A stretch of 62,148 nucleotides of DNA, the filler included. It is 7 parts of 7 records of this genome, joined end to end, with 100 filler letters (N's around TTAATTAATTAA, not from the genome) between each part and the next. Parts side by side here need not be neighbours in the genome. Positions count along the whole stretch, not along the records: positions 1 to 15,962 come from SRR31147125_9126; 6 more parts are not named here. One strand, written 5' to 3'. The notes beneath the pieces were generated by a model. It worked only from the letters and a program-made list of their open reading frames with translations. It was not told where the DNA came from and made no database searches. The translations under genes were made by a program, and so were the position numbers. Below, one piece after another: positions 1 through 10,548 of the stretch (position 1 is the stretch's first letter; each line of letters opens with the position of its first letter).

Positions 1-273
1 CGAGGAATAGAAATTGAAGCCGATATTGTACTTAAAGGAACACGTGTTGACGGCGTGTATACGGCCGATCCAGAGAAAGACCCAACAGCTGTAAAATATG
101 ATGAATTAACCTTTGATGAAGCACTAAATAAGGGGCTGAAAATCATGGATCAAACAGCGTTTGCCATGTGTAAAGAGAACAATTTACCAATCATCGTATT
201 CAACATGAATAAAAATGGGGAACTCAACCGATTGATTTCTTCTGAAAAAGTTGGGACATTAATTAAAAATTAA
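1..273 (+). CDS. pyrH: UMP kinase, 5' partial
   Basis: Frame from base 1 reads [24 protein letters not shown]...IMDQTAF...VGTLI; directly upstream of frr. Confidence 0.95.
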   Translation, partial: RGIEIEADIVLKGTRVDGVYTADPEKDPTAVKYDELTFDEALNKGLKIMDQTAFAMCKENNLPIIVFNMNKNGELNRLISSEKVGTLIKN

Positions 274-317
274 ATATATTAGCGCAGTTTAAATTTAATA
301 TTAAATAATTCCAAAGC

Positions 318-881
318 ATGGAAGAAGAAGTTCAGTTAAATTTAGAAGACGCCAAGGAAAAAATGGATAAGGCTGTAAGCCACTTGGAGACTGAGCTAGT
401 AAAGGTAAGAGCTGGAAAAGCCTCGGTTCATATCCTTGACGGAATCTTCGTAGATTATTACGGAACAAATACTTCTCTTAATCAAGTTGCAAATATTAAT
501 ACTCCTGATGCAAAAACAATTGCGATACAACCTTGGGAGAAAAATATGATAGATCCTATTGAAAAGGCAATATTACAAGCTAATATTGGCATTACACCAG
601 CTAATAACGGTGAAATAATCCGTCTTGTATTTCCTCCTTTAACGGAAGAAAGAAGACGTGAACTCACAAAGCTGGTTAAATCAATGGGAGAGGAAGCAAA
701 AGTAAGTGTTAGAAACGCACGTCGTGATGCAAATGATGAAATAAAAAGAATGCAGAAAGACGGATTATCTGAAGATTTAGCGAAAGATGCAGAGGCAGAA
801 ATTCAAGAGATTACAGATGGTTTTGTAAAAAGCGTTGACAAGCATGTAGAAGAAAAAGAAAAAGATATTATGACAATATAA
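318..881 (+). CDS. frr: ribosome recycling factor
   Basis: [28 protein letters not shown] motifs; 187 aa. Confidence 0.97.
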   Translation: MEEEVQLNLEDAKEKMDKAVSHLETELVKVRAGKASVHILDGIFVDYYGTNTSLNQVANINTPDAKTIAIQPWEKNMIDPIEKAILQANIGITPANNGEIIRLVFPPLTEERRRELTKLVKSMGEEAKVSVRNARRDANDEIKRMQKDGLSEDLAKDAEAEIQEITDGFVKSVDKHVEEKEKDIMTI

Positions 882-916
882 CACTCTGCTGACTACTAAC
901 TAAGGTCAATCGGGAG

Positions 917-945
917 GGTAGCCTTGCAAAGGCTACCTTTTTTTT
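917..945 (+). terminator. intrinsic terminator after frr
   Basis: GGTAGCCTT-GCA-AAGGCTACC stem followed by T8. Confidence 0.85.
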
Positions 946-980
946 GTCTAAAAATTCAGAAATGGTGAAATTAATAATAC

Positions 981-1017
981 AAAAAAACCTGCTTAAATCT
1001 TAAGCAGGTTTTTTTTT
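981..1017 (-). terminator. bidirectional intrinsic terminator ending the minus-strand cluster
   Basis: A7-CCTGCTTAA-ATC-TTAAGCAGG-T9. Confidence 0.85.
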
Positions 1018-1043
1018 GTATATAGTTATTATTTTTTAATTTC

Positions 1044-1484
1044 TTACATGGTCTCAACGAACGAGACAATGGATACTGCCAATCCCGGATCCCCATTCTG
1101 GAAGAATATCCAGAGGTGATAAACACCTGTCTTCTGGCATTTAAAATTAAAACCTCCAAAGTCTTTTCCTGTAGCTTCTATAAAAGAACTTCCTTGTAAT
1201 CTGTTTGTATCAAAAAGTTGAATAACACCTTTGCCAGGCTTTGTATCAGAATTACAAATGGTGAAGTTGTATACATTATTTTTCTGAAGTATCATTGAAT
1301 ATTTTGCCTGGGGAGGTCGGCCATCAGCTTCTGCAGGACCTAAGTCAACAACAAAGTCTTTTAAATAAGTTGCCTCGCCACCAGCACTTTTGGCACATTC
1401 TCTAATAAGAGCCTCTTCCATCTGAGCCTGGACTTTGATAAAAGAGAATGATGCCAATAAAACTATGAATATAATATTTTTCAT
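1044..1484 (-). CDS. secreted hypothetical protein (signal peptide, 3 Cys)
   Basis: N-terminal MKNIIF...VQAQ signal peptide; 1 bp from upstream lipoprotein gene. Confidence 0.8.
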   Translation of the reverse strand: MKNIIFIVLLASFSFIKVQAQMEEALIRECAKSAGGEATYLKDFVVDLGPAEADGRPPQAKYSMILQKNNVYNFTICNSDTKPGKGVIQLFDTNRLQGSSFIEATGKDFGGFNFKCQKTGVYHLWIFFQNGDPGLAVSIVSFVETM

Positions 1485-1485
1485 A

Positions 1486-2385
1486 TTATAAATTTATTAA
1501 CTTATTTCTAATTTCTTCTGTTTTTAGTGTAATTTCAGTTAAAGTTTCTTCGCTAATATGTACAATACTTTTTTCATTTTGTATTATAACTAGCTGTCCG
1601 TTTTCTTCGATTGCTTCTGGTTCACCTTTTTCAATGGTTATCTCAACATCGTCGAATAAAACTTTAACTTTTTGCAACTCTGTAATTAAGTCGGCAATAT
1701 ATTTATCTCTTTTGTAATTGTTAAGGATAATAAGCAATTGGGCAAGTATTTGTTTTTGCTCACCAATTCGTTCTGCTAATTGATCTGATTGACTCTCAAC
1801 AGCAACCTGTGTACCTAGATAAAGACCCTCTACCCATACACCAGCTATCATTAAAGAACTTAAATTTCCTCTTTTCCCTTCACGTAGATATTGATCCATT
1901 TGATTGAAACTATGCACAGAAATGTACATTAAAGAATCAATATTCTGACTGTTGGTGGCAAGTCTCTTTAGTGTTGAGAAATCAAAAAACTGACCTACAT
2001 TAATTCCGTCAGCCAGTGTTTTTATTGCAGATAGATAATCAACAACAGCAGCTGTTTTTTCATACATGTTTAAGTACCCCATATCAGCACCGAAAACGCC
2101 CAGGCAGAAAGCCCTTTTTGAGCCTGTAACATACTCATCAACGTATTCTGTAGTGGCAAGATATTTTTTCGAAAATGGTACTCCTAAGGCTTTAATTAAA
2201 GCGGCCATTTCAATAGGAGATGAAACATTCTCAACGATACTTTCCATTGTTTCATCAGATACCTCCAATTCTGCTTCAGAATCCGGAGCTGGTACATCTA
2301 ACCCACCTTTTAGGCTCTTATCATTAGACTTACAACTAGCCAGGATGAGTATTACTGAAAATATTAATAAGATTCTATTAACCAT
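1486..2385 (-). CDS. helical lipoprotein, unknown function
   Basis: Lipobox LILASC; 299 aa. Confidence 0.85.
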   Translation of the reverse strand: MVNRILLIFSVILILASCKSNDKSLKGGLDVPAPDSEAELEVSDETMESIVENVSSPIEMAALIKALGVPFSKKYLATTEYVDEYVTGSKRAFCLGVFGADMGYLNMYEKTAAVVDYLSAIKTLADGINVGQFFDFSTLKRLATNSQNIDSLMYISVHSFNQMDQYLREGKRGNLSSLMIAGVWVEGLYLGTQVAVESQSDQLAERIGEQKQILAQLLIILNNYKRDKYIADLITELQKVKVLFDDVEITIEKGEPEAIEENGQLVIIQNEKSIVHISEETLTEITLKTEEIRNKLINL

Positions 2386-2412
2386 TTACAAACTTGTTTA
2401 AAGTTGTTATAA

Positions 2413-2420
2413 CAAATTTA
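2413..2420 (-). promoter_or_regulatory. Bacteroidota-type -7 promoter element TAAATTTG
   Basis: Matches TAnnTTTG, ~28 nt upstream of lipoprotein start. Confidence 0.45.
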
Positions 2421-2464
2421 GTATTTATTTATAAATATAGTAATAACTAAGTATTTTCTTACAA

Positions 2465-5400
2465 TTACTGTTTAACCTTTATTTTCTCGAATAAACCGAG
2501 AAGCTTTTTAAGGTGTTCGTAATATAAAGTTATATAGAGTAAAATTGTAAGTAGCCAAATAAACGAAACGTTAAACCAATAGGTTTCAAAATACATTCCC
2601 AAAAAGTGTTTTCTGGGTGCAAGGAAATGCGATCTAAAGTCCAGGTTCCCTTTTACAACAGGATCTTGGTATACGGGATGAAATTGTTGGATATATTCGT
2701 TATTGTATTCAATTATTTTATTTTTTTCATATACTTTAAGTGCAATGTCGGCAACGCTTTCATTATGATAAGCATCTCTATATGCTCTATATCTTTCTGC
2801 GTCATTGTCTAACCAATAAGTTATAATGTCTTCTTTTTTCTGGTTAGCCAGTTCAAACATCTCTAGATACTCAGCTTCCAATTGCTGTAGGAAATCGAAT
2901 ATCAAATAATAGTATTCTGTGTTATACGTTTTAGGTTCCAGATTATCGATTCCTTCAATCGCAAGATTAGGATAATCTTTTTGTTCTTTTAAAATTTCGT
3001 TTTTCAACAGCTTTATGTTATCTGCTGTTTCTTCTATTTTACCTTTTTCGTTGAACTCGTCTTGGGCTTGTTCTAACTTATTGTTTAATCCGGGTATTAG
3101 GTGGACTGTTTTAAAATCTGCAATACTTTCAAATTTTTCTAAGTCGAATAATGTGAGGTTGTTCGCAGGATCGACCACACTTCCCTTATACCGGTTATCT
3201 TTAAATTGATGGACTAACAATGCCTCATAGGACCATTTTGTCACCATAAATTCTGCGATAATAGGAACTTTGCCAACGCTGCTAACTCTTTTGTTCAGCT
3301 TATCAAAACTAAACATGGCACCACTTAGAATCATCATAGGAATCATTAAAAGTGGAATTAAAATGTAGATAGTAACAGCCGAATTAAATGTTGCTGATAT
3401 GTTTAGTCCAAGCATGTTGGCAAATACAGCGGTGGAAAATAAAACAAACCAATAGTGAAAAAGCATTCCTTTAATACCAAGTATTGAGTTGGCAATTATT
3501 AGGAATGTAAAAGCTTGTATGGCAGATATTCCAACGAGGATAATAATTTTTGAGGCCAGGTAACTCGAACGGCTTAAGTTTAGAAAAGCTTCCCGTTTCA
3601 GTATTTTTCTATCCCTGAATATTTCTTCGGCACTTACCGTAAGTCCTAGGAAAAGTGCTACAATCAAGGCCATAAAAATGTAAATATGGATATTTTCATT
3701 TTCCCTGAATATGTAAATATTCGATTTTGGATCAGCTATATAGCGGATAATAAAAGAAAGAATAAAACCTAGTACAGGTGCTTCCAGCAAGTTTAAAGCA
3801 ATATATTGTTTGTTGCTAATTTTGGAAAATAAATCGCGTAGCGTATAAATTTTTAACTGGTTAAGCCAATTTGGAATATTTAGTCCCTTTGGTGGCTTCT
3901 CTTCAATTATCTTAGCTGGTTCAAGTTTAATTTCGCTTTGATAGTATTCTTCCCAATTAGTTGGAGCTACTTTTCGGCTATCGGTATAATTACCAAATTC
4001 ATCTACTATTTTAGCTTCAATAATATTGAATATCAATTCAGGGTTTACATTACCACAGGTGGGGCATTCACCAACATCACTGTTAATTTGTTGATCGATG
4101 CGCTTAAAGTACATAACAGCCTCAACTGGGTTGCCGTAATAAATCAGGTAGCCACCAGTATCGAGGATAACCATTTTGTCAAACATTTTATATATCTCTG
4201 ACGATGGTTGGTGAATCACAACAAATATGAGTTTACCTTTTAGTGCAAGCTCTCTAAGAAGGTCCATTACATTCTCAGAATCTCGTGATGAAAGTCCGGA
4301 TGTAGGTTCATCAACGAATAGAATTGAAGGCTCTCTAATTAATTCCAGTGCAATATTTAACCTTTTTCGTTGTCCACCGGAAATTGTTTTGTTGAGTGGT
4401 GAACCAACTTTTAAATCTTTTCTATCGAGCAGTCCGAGGTTAGAAAGTGTTTTTTCAACGAGCTGAACTATTTCTTCTTCAGATTTATCTTTAAAACAAA
4501 GTTTTGCGTTGTAATATAAGTTTTCAAAAACAGTTAATTCTTCAATTAGAAGGTCGTCTTGCGGTATTAAACCAATTACACCCTCCAGTTTATCTTTTTC
4601 ATTATGAAGATCTATACCGTTAATTAATACTGCGCCTTGAGAAGGTTTATTAATACCAGAAAGAACGTTGAGCAGAGTTGTTTTACCGGCACCACTTGCA
4701 CCCATAATTCCAATTAACTTTCCGTGATTCTCGGAGAAAGTTATATTGCGAAGCCCAATGTTTCCATTTGCAAACTTGTATTCAATATCTTTTATCTCAT
4801 AAGATAACTTGCTCGATGTGATGTCTTCCATAAAATGGGCAAGTACATCACTATAATAAATGGGTTTACCCTTAGGTAACTTAACAGTACTTCCATTTGC
4901 AAATAAGTAGATGCGTTTATTATTGATGGTTAACCCATTTAAGAACAAGTTTTCTTTACCGGTATACTTTAAAAAATAAAGATCGGCACTTACAATATGA
5001 AGAATAAAAATATTCTCGTCGAGCTTTTCTGTTTTTATATGCTTGAAACCATTTGCACCAAAACCTTCTTTATCGTTGATGATCATTAAATTATCATCAT
5101 GCATATCAATGGAGTCGTTTTTAACAACGAATGCTTCAATGCTTTGAAATTCTTCTGGTGAAATTGTAAATACCTCAGCAACGGTATTTATAATGGCCAT
5201 TCGTTGTTCAGAAAATTTGCGGTCTGCATTTATTAACTCGAAAAGGCGGACCAACACAACAACTTTCTGGCTTTGGGTAAGACTTTTGTTAATTTTTTTA
5301 CAAAGTCCTAAAATTCGAACAGAATCTTTTACTGATGTGAGTTTTCGTTTACGCTCCTTTTTTTCGTCATCTTTTAATAATCCTGCGTTTTTTTCGAATA

Positions 5401-5548
5401 GTGCAAAATATTCCTTAACCCCAGCTTCATTTAACTGCTGGGTAAGAAAGTTTTTAACATATTCGATCTCACTTTCTTCGACACCCTCATCTTGCTTTGC
5501 AATGATGGCAAAAAGTTGCATTAAGGCCCGTAAGATTTCTTCACTCAT
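2465..5548 (-). CDS. ABCG-type transporter (NBD-TMD) with N-terminal TerB-like helical domain and possible degenerate FHA-like segment
   Basis: Walker A GASGAGKT, signature ISGGQRKR, Walker B LFVDEPTSG, H-loop IHQPS, ABC2 membrane helices; ~245 aa N-terminal extension. Confidence 0.85.
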   Translation of the reverse strand: MSEEILRALMQLFAIIAKQDEGVEESEIEYVKNFLTQQLNEAGVKEYFALFEKNAGLLKDDEKKERKRKLTSVKDSVRILGLCKKINKSLTQSQKVVVLVRLFELINADRKFSEQRMAIINTVAEVFTISPEEFQSIEAFVVKNDSIDMHDDNLMIINDKEGFGANGFKHIKTEKLDENIFILHIVSADLYFLKYTGKENLFLNGLTINNKRIYLFANGSTVKLPKGKPIYYSDVLAHFMEDITSSKLSYEIKDIEYKFANGNIGLRNITFSENHGKLIGIMGASGAGKTTLLNVLSGINKPSQGAVLINGIDLHNEKDKLEGVIGLIPQDDLLIEELTVFENLYYNAKLCFKDKSEEEIVQLVEKTLSNLGLLDRKDLKVGSPLNKTISGGQRKRLNIALELIREPSILFVDEPTSGLSSRDSENVMDLLRELALKGKLIFVVIHQPSSEIYKMFDKMVILDTGGYLIYYGNPVEAVMYFKRIDQQINSDVGECPTCGNVNPELIFNIIEAKIVDEFGNYTDSRKVAPTNWEEYYQSEIKLEPAKIIEEKPPKGLNIPNWLNQLKIYTLRDLFSKISNKQYIALNLLEAPVLGFILSFIIRYIADPKSNIYIFRENENIHIYIFMALIVALFLGLTVSAEEIFRDRKILKREAFLNLSRSSYLASKIIILVGISAIQAFTFLIIANSILGIKGMLFHYWFVLFSTAVFANMLGLNISATFNSAVTIYILIPLLMIPMMILSGAMFSFDKLNKRVSSVGKVPIIAEFMVTKWSYEALLVHQFKDNRYKGSVVDPANNLTLFDLEKFESIADFKTVHLIPGLNNKLEQAQDEFNEKGKIEETADNIKLLKNEILKEQKDYPNLAIEGIDNLEPKTYNTEYYYLIFDFLQQLEAEYLEMFELANQKKEDIITYWLDNDAERYRAYRDAYHNESVADIALKVYEKNKIIEYNNEYIQQFHPVYQDPVVKGNLDFRSHFLAPRKHFLGMYFETYWFNVSFIWLLTILLYITLYYEHLKKLLGLFEKIKVKQ

Positions 5549-5598
5549 AAAATCAGATTATAAATGCTTGATTCTGTCTATAAATACTTTACAAATAA

Positions 5599-5973
5599 CT
5601 AGTAAGAAACTTGCTCAAATGGCACATCAACGATGTCTGCATATTCTTCGCCTGCTTCTTCCATATCTTCATCATCTTCAGGGAAATGCCATTTAATTAA
5701 TACCTCGTTGCCTTTTTCATGCAAGGTTTCAAGCTTCATTAAAATATCGAGTAATAATTTAGAAGATGCGGTATTAAAGTATACCAGCTTGAAATTAAAT
5801 ATGGTACTACTAAGAGGACTCTCCATATACTCATCAAGCCAATTCAAGACTGGGTCGTAGAATGAAGCAACATCTTCTGGTAATGATCTCCCTGATATTT
5901 CAAATATCTCGTTACTCGCGTCGAGAATAACTTTCGGCGTATCTTCTGTTCCTGCAATCTTAATTGTTTCCAT
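5599..5973 (-). CDS. siaC: SiaC-family (DUF1987) phosphoacceptor protein
   Basis: TPKV, GRSLPED, YFNTASSK (Thr at residue 68), W..DDEDMEEAGEEY. Confidence 0.9.
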   Translation of the reverse strand: METIKIAGTEDTPKVILDASNEIFEISGRSLPEDVASFYDPVLNWLDEYMESPLSSTIFNFKLVYFNTASSKLLLDILMKLETLHEKGNEVLIKWHFPEDDEDMEEAGEEYADIVDVPFEQVSY

Positions 5974-5983
5974 AATATATCTT

Positions 5984-6562
5984 TTAGCTTCTTTCTATTG
6001 TTGATGTTAATAAGAAGAACGATGTTTCGTCATTAATTGGTAAGAAATGGTATTCAAGTTCATGATCAGTTTTACGTTTGATATCAATAAAACCTAAACC
6101 AGCTCCACCTTTATCCGATAACCTTCCTTCTTTCATTTGTTTTTTGTAGAGTTCTTTCAATTCATCCTTGTCCAATTTATTGATTTTCTCAAGGATGGTT
6201 GATAACTCTTCAATTTTTTCGTTCTCTACGGCATTACCGGTTGTAACACTATACTCGTTTTCTCCTTTACTTACCAGGAAAATTCCTCTTCCTGAAAACA
6301 AGTAATCTTCAGATCCGAAATCTTCGGCATGTTTGCTAATGTTTTGTAAACATTCTACCATTACATGGAAGACTCTTCGTTGTACACTGCCGGATTCCTC
6401 ATCTTTAGCCATATTTGTTTCAGTTAAAGATGTGAAAGCCTTGGTAATTTGGTGTGTGATCTCACCTTCATAAACTAAGGTGATTTCGTGTGCCTTCATC
6501 GATTTGTAGAATTCATATACAAATTCAAGAAAGCCTTTTACGTCTTTTTTGTCGTTATCCAT
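5984..6562 (-). CDS. siaB: SiaB-family GHKL Ser/Thr kinase (DUF6272)
   Basis: VECLQNISKH, TTGN, GGAGLGFIDIKRK motifs; adjacent to siaC. Confidence 0.88.
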   Translation of the reverse strand: MDNDKKDVKGFLEFVYEFYKSMKAHEITLVYEGEITHQITKAFTSLTETNMAKDEESGSVQRRVFHVMVECLQNISKHAEDFGSEDYLFSGRGIFLVSKGENEYSVTTGNAVENEKIEELSTILEKINKLDKDELKELYKKQMKEGRLSDKGGAGLGFIDIKRKTDHELEYHFLPINDETSFFLLTSTIERS

Positions 6563-6586
6563 AGCTACCTAAATTTAGACTGTTTA

Positions 6587-9193
6587 TTAAAATTCAATTC
6601 CAATTAACAAAACGTCATCTATTTGTTTTATATCTTGTTTCCAGTTTAGGAAGTCTTGTTCAAAATATTTATTGAAGCCTTCCATGGAAATATCTTTATT
6701 TTCTACAATTGCTTCTCTAATTCTCCTGGCTGTATATTTTTTCTTTTCAGGACCACCAACCTGGTCAGGTAATCCGTCGGAGAAGAAGAAAAATTTATCG
6801 TTTTTCTGATAATTGATTACATGATTTGTGAAGTCCTTCTCTGGTTTTTTCCTGTGAGGGATTCCTCCAATAGCTTTTCTGTCTCCTTTAAATTCAGACA
6901 ATTCATCTCCTCTTAACATATAAAGTGGACGGTGAGCTCCAGAATATTGTAGTTCTTTCTTTTCGAAATTAATTTTACAAAGTGCTATATCCATCCCATC
7001 CCTGGCATTGGCACCTTCGCGGTCTTGTTTAAGGGTAGATCTTACTCCATAATGAAGTTGATCGCAAACCTGTGCCGCTGTAAGATCTACGTCTTTGTCT
7101 ACAACATTATTTAATATAAAATACCCAATAAATGATAACAGTGCTCCTGGCACACCATGCCCGGTACAATCTACTGCTGCGATATAAATGTCGTCTCCTT
7201 TTTTGAAAAACCAAGGGAAATCACCACTTACTACATCTCTTGGGACATAAAAAATAAATGATTTTGGCAGGTATTCCCGAATTATATTGTTATCTGGAAG
7301 AATCGAACCTTGAATACGTTCTGCATAGTTGATACTATCTTCAATTTTCTTGTTTTTCTCTTGTATCTCGCGCTCAATTCTTTTGGCTTCTGTAATATCG
7401 TGTCCAACAAAGAGAATTGTTTCCAGCTCGTTTTCGTTAAATTCCGGGATAGCACCAATACTTATTATCCTTTCTATTTCATGAACTCCTTGAATGGGTG
7501 GTATTGTAAGTTCCTTGTTTAGCTTTTTAGGTTCTTCTTTAATTTCTTTTGTTGTTTCACGAAAATAGTCTTGTAAAACTTCAACAATATCAATTTGTTT
7601 TAAGGTTTTATTAATTACATCTTTAGGTTTAAGGCCAACATAATCTTCAATAACAGGATTTGCATAAAAGAATTGACCTGCTGTACTCAAACGTACAATC
7701 ATGTCTAGGGAATTTTCAGAAAGGGCTTGCATTTTACTTTTTAGTCTTTCTTCTTTTTCTGCACGTTTCCTCTCGGTTATATCCTGAGAGTTAATTATAA
7801 TTCCGTTTATTGCAGGATCATTAAGTAAATTTCGGCCTATTGCTTCGATAAATATCTTCTCTCCATTCTTTTTCATGTATGTATATTGAATGGAGTATGA
7901 TTTGTCTGGGTTTTCTTTTAGGTAAGTAAACATTTCAGTCATTAATGCTTCGCCCCTTCTTGTAAGACGATCCATATCCTTACCACGCATCATTTCTTCA
8001 GGTGTAAACCCGAGGATTTTCGTTACTGATGGACTTACATAAGACATTTTTAAATTGATGTCATAGATAGATATAATCTCCGATGCATTTTCTAGTAGAG
8101 AGTAAAGTCTTTTCTGTGCATTTTCAACTTTTTGGATTTGAGCTTCGAGTTTTTCGTTCGATTTTTCAAGCTCTTCCTGGGTTGCACGCATTTCCTCAGC
8201 ATTTTGCCTAAGCTGTTCTTCGTTTTCACGAAGCTCTTCGGTCATTTTCTGAGATTCTTGTAAAAGCAGTTCTGTTCTTTGATTTACTTTGAGGTTGAAG
8301 ATTGTTCGTGATAAAATTTCGCCCAATTCTCGCAAGAATTGTATGGTAAGTTCTGAGAACGAATCTTCTAACGTTGCAAACTCAATAACACCTTGTAAAC
8401 TTTCATCTGAAATTAATGGAACTATGAGAATGCTTTTTGGTTTTTTATCTCCAAGAATTCCCGATGTAATGGTAACATAATCATCCGGGATCTCTGTTCG
8501 ATAAATAATGTCCATTTCATATGCACATTGACCAATTAAGCCATGGCCAATTTTGAATTCCTGATTAACATGTTTTTTGCGGTTATATGCATAGGTTGAC
8601 ATGTTTACAAGAACTTGTTTGTCCTCATCGTAAATATATAACGCACCCTGAATAACCTTGATATAGCGGATTAAATTTACGAGTACATCATATGATAATT
8701 CATCCATCTTGTTATGCATACGAAGGATATTCGATACAATATCTTTACCTTCTGCAATCCAGCTTTGGTCGGCTTCTTTTTTGCTGTTTTCAAGAAGGTT
8801 GTCGCGCATTAAAAGCAATGAGTCACCAAGAATATCGGATTCGCCAGTTACTTCAAATTTACTTTCGTAGTTTCCTTGACCAATCTCTTTTGCAAAGTCA
8901 GCAATTTTATTAATTCTTTGTTCTCTATCAGAAAGTTCTTTTTTAAACTTAATGCTAATCTTGCTAATGCTGCCCTGGTTATAATAAATACCTATTGCAG
9001 CTAGTATAGGGAATAAATATGTAAACCATATTAATGGATTTTCTGAATGCATCCTTCCTATCTCACTAAAAGAAAAGGAGTACTTCTGATCGATTATCAA
9101 AATAATCCAAGAAAGTAGAGGGATAATTAATCCAATAACGAATCCTCTAACAATAGTATTTTGTAGTGAATGATTTACTTTATTACCATCCAT
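6587..9193 (-). CDS. membrane GAF-coiled coil-PAS-PAS-PP2C (SpoIIE) phosphatase, SiaA-like
   Basis: 2 TM, GAF (GLIGQCA), PAS folds, PP2C motifs VSGDF, DCTGHGVPG, DGMD, SDGLPDQ, QIDDVL. Confidence 0.92.
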   Translation of the reverse strand: MDGNKVNHSLQNTIVRGFVIGLIIPLLSWIILIIDQKYSFSFSEIGRMHSENPLIWFTYLFPILAAIGIYYNQGSISKISIKFKKELSDREQRINKIADFAKEIGQGNYESKFEVTGESDILGDSLLLMRDNLLENSKKEADQSWIAEGKDIVSNILRMHNKMDELSYDVLVNLIRYIKVIQGALYIYDEDKQVLVNMSTYAYNRKKHVNQEFKIGHGLIGQCAYEMDIIYRTEIPDDYVTITSGILGDKKPKSILIVPLISDESLQGVIEFATLEDSFSELTIQFLRELGEILSRTIFNLKVNQRTELLLQESQKMTEELRENEEQLRQNAEEMRATQEELEKSNEKLEAQIQKVENAQKRLYSLLENASEIISIYDINLKMSYVSPSVTKILGFTPEEMMRGKDMDRLTRRGEALMTEMFTYLKENPDKSYSIQYTYMKKNGEKIFIEAIGRNLLNDPAINGIIINSQDITERKRAEKEERLKSKMQALSENSLDMIVRLSTAGQFFYANPVIEDYVGLKPKDVINKTLKQIDIVEVLQDYFRETTKEIKEEPKKLNKELTIPPIQGVHEIERIISIGAIPEFNENELETILFVGHDITEAKRIEREIQEKNKKIEDSINYAERIQGSILPDNNIIREYLPKSFIFYVPRDVVSGDFPWFFKKGDDIYIAAVDCTGHGVPGALLSFIGYFILNNVVDKDVDLTAAQVCDQLHYGVRSTLKQDREGANARDGMDIALCKINFEKKELQYSGAHRPLYMLRGDELSEFKGDRKAIGGIPHRKKPEKDFTNHVINYQKNDKFFFFSDGLPDQVGGPEKKKYTARRIREAIVENKDISMEGFNKYFEQDFLNWKQDIKQIDDVLLIGIEF

Positions 9194-9196
9194 ATT

Positions 9197-9976
9197 CTAT
9201 TCCTCTGATACTTTATTTGTTTTATCAACTAATTTATTGGCAATAACTTGCAATAAGTTTTCAAAATTCTTGTCCAATGTTTTAAATGAAGCTATTTCGA
9301 CTATTGCAACTGTTTTCTCATTTTGAATAGCTGGTACAATTAATAAGTGATTCGGACTTCCTGTTCCAAGACCTGAAATAACTTTCACATAACCTTCAGG
9401 AATATCCTCAATATTCACTAATTGTTTATTTTTAGCAACTTGTCCAGGAAGACTTTCTCCTTCTTTAAAATCTTGCGGTGGTTCATCTGAGAAGTAAGCA
9501 TATTTTCCTGAAACTTTGAAAATATCATCTGTATTATCCCTGAAGAAAATCACTCCTTGCGAGATTTCGTGCTTTTTAGAAATATTGGTTAATAATTTCT
9601 CTGTATAACCCTGTAAATCATCAACTCCGTCTTTAGGGAAGAATTCTTCGGCTTCTTTGTTTAATTCTTCATCCGAAAGTAATTTGAGTTCAGATTCAGT
9701 ATTAATTGTTTCCTTTTTATCGCTTGTGGAAACAGAAGTTTCATTCTTAATCAATTTCTCAATAACGACTTCCTTTTTAGGTCTGAAAAGATTTAGGATG
9801 AACAAAGAAAATCCTGCTAAGAATAAAATGATAAACTTGACTGTCAACGATTTTTCAGGCTCAGTCTCTAAATTAGCAAGAATATCTTGTGTATTAGATA
9901 AAAGGATAAATCCTGATAATAAAAAGACAATTACTAAAAAAATGGAAAGCGCCCTATGTAAAAAATTAAATTTCAT
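9197..9976 (-). CDS. 2-TM protein with C-terminal GAF domain
   Basis: FKEGESLPGQVA, IPEGY, SGLG, LLIVP, VEIAS motifs paralogous to the neighbouring GAFs. Confidence 0.85.
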   Translation of the reverse strand: MKFNFLHRALSIFLVIVFLLSGFILLSNTQDILANLETEPEKSLTVKFIILFLAGFSLFILNLFRPKKEVVIEKLIKNETSVSTSDKKETINTESELKLLSDEELNKEAEEFFPKDGVDDLQGYTEKLLTNISKKHEISQGVIFFRDNTDDIFKVSGKYAYFSDEPPQDFKEGESLPGQVAKNKQLVNIEDIPEGYVKVISGLGTGSPNHLLIVPAIQNEKTVAIVEIASFKTLDKNFENLLQVIANKLVDKTNKVSEE

Positions 9977-9983
9977 ACAGTTG

Positions 9984-10544
9984 CTATAAATTTATCTTTT
10001 GTAAAAAACGAATTATCTGGTCTGTTTTATAAATATGATCAACCTTAGTCACTTTAAGTGATGAGTCTGTCATGGTTCTTACTTCGCATTCTTCAGGATC
10101 TTGAACGATGGTAGTGCCACCTAAGTCATGAACTTTTTTAAGACCCAAAGCACCATCTTTATTTGCTCCTGATAAGATTATTCCTGCCAGACTTTTTCTA
10201 TAAGCATATGCAGCAGTAATAAAAGATAAATCAATAGCTGGCCTTGAATGATTAACAGGTTCTTCTGTTGAAAGAGCAACCCTGTTTGCCAATTCAAGAA
10301 ACATATGATAGTTTGCCGGAGCAAGATATGCTTTGCCTGGTTTTAATTGTTCTTTATCTATTGGTTCAATAACCGGAATGCTAGACTTCAATGATAAAGC
10401 CTCCACAAACCCTGAACGGACATGCTTTAATCTATGCAAACAAAGAAGCACAGGAATTGGAAAGTTTTTTGGTAATGCGTTGAGTATTTTTGTTACCACC
10501 TGAAAACTTCCTGCCGAACCACCTATTATAACAGCTTTATACAT
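9984..10544 (-). CDS. cheB: stand-alone CheB methylesterase (no receiver domain)
   Basis: GGSAGS (Ser), LHR (His), APANYH, SRPAID, GANKDGA (Asp), TIVQDP. Confidence 0.92.
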   Translation of the reverse strand: MYKAVIIGGSAGSFQVVTKILNALPKNFPIPVLLCLHRLKHVRSGFVEALSLKSSIPVIEPIDKEQLKPGKAYLAPANYHMFLELANRVALSTEEPVNHSRPAIDLSFITAAYAYRKSLAGIILSGANKDGALGLKKVHDLGGTTIVQDPEECEVRTMTDSSLKVTKVDHIYKTDQIIRFLQKINL

Positions 10545-10548
10545 CTAC

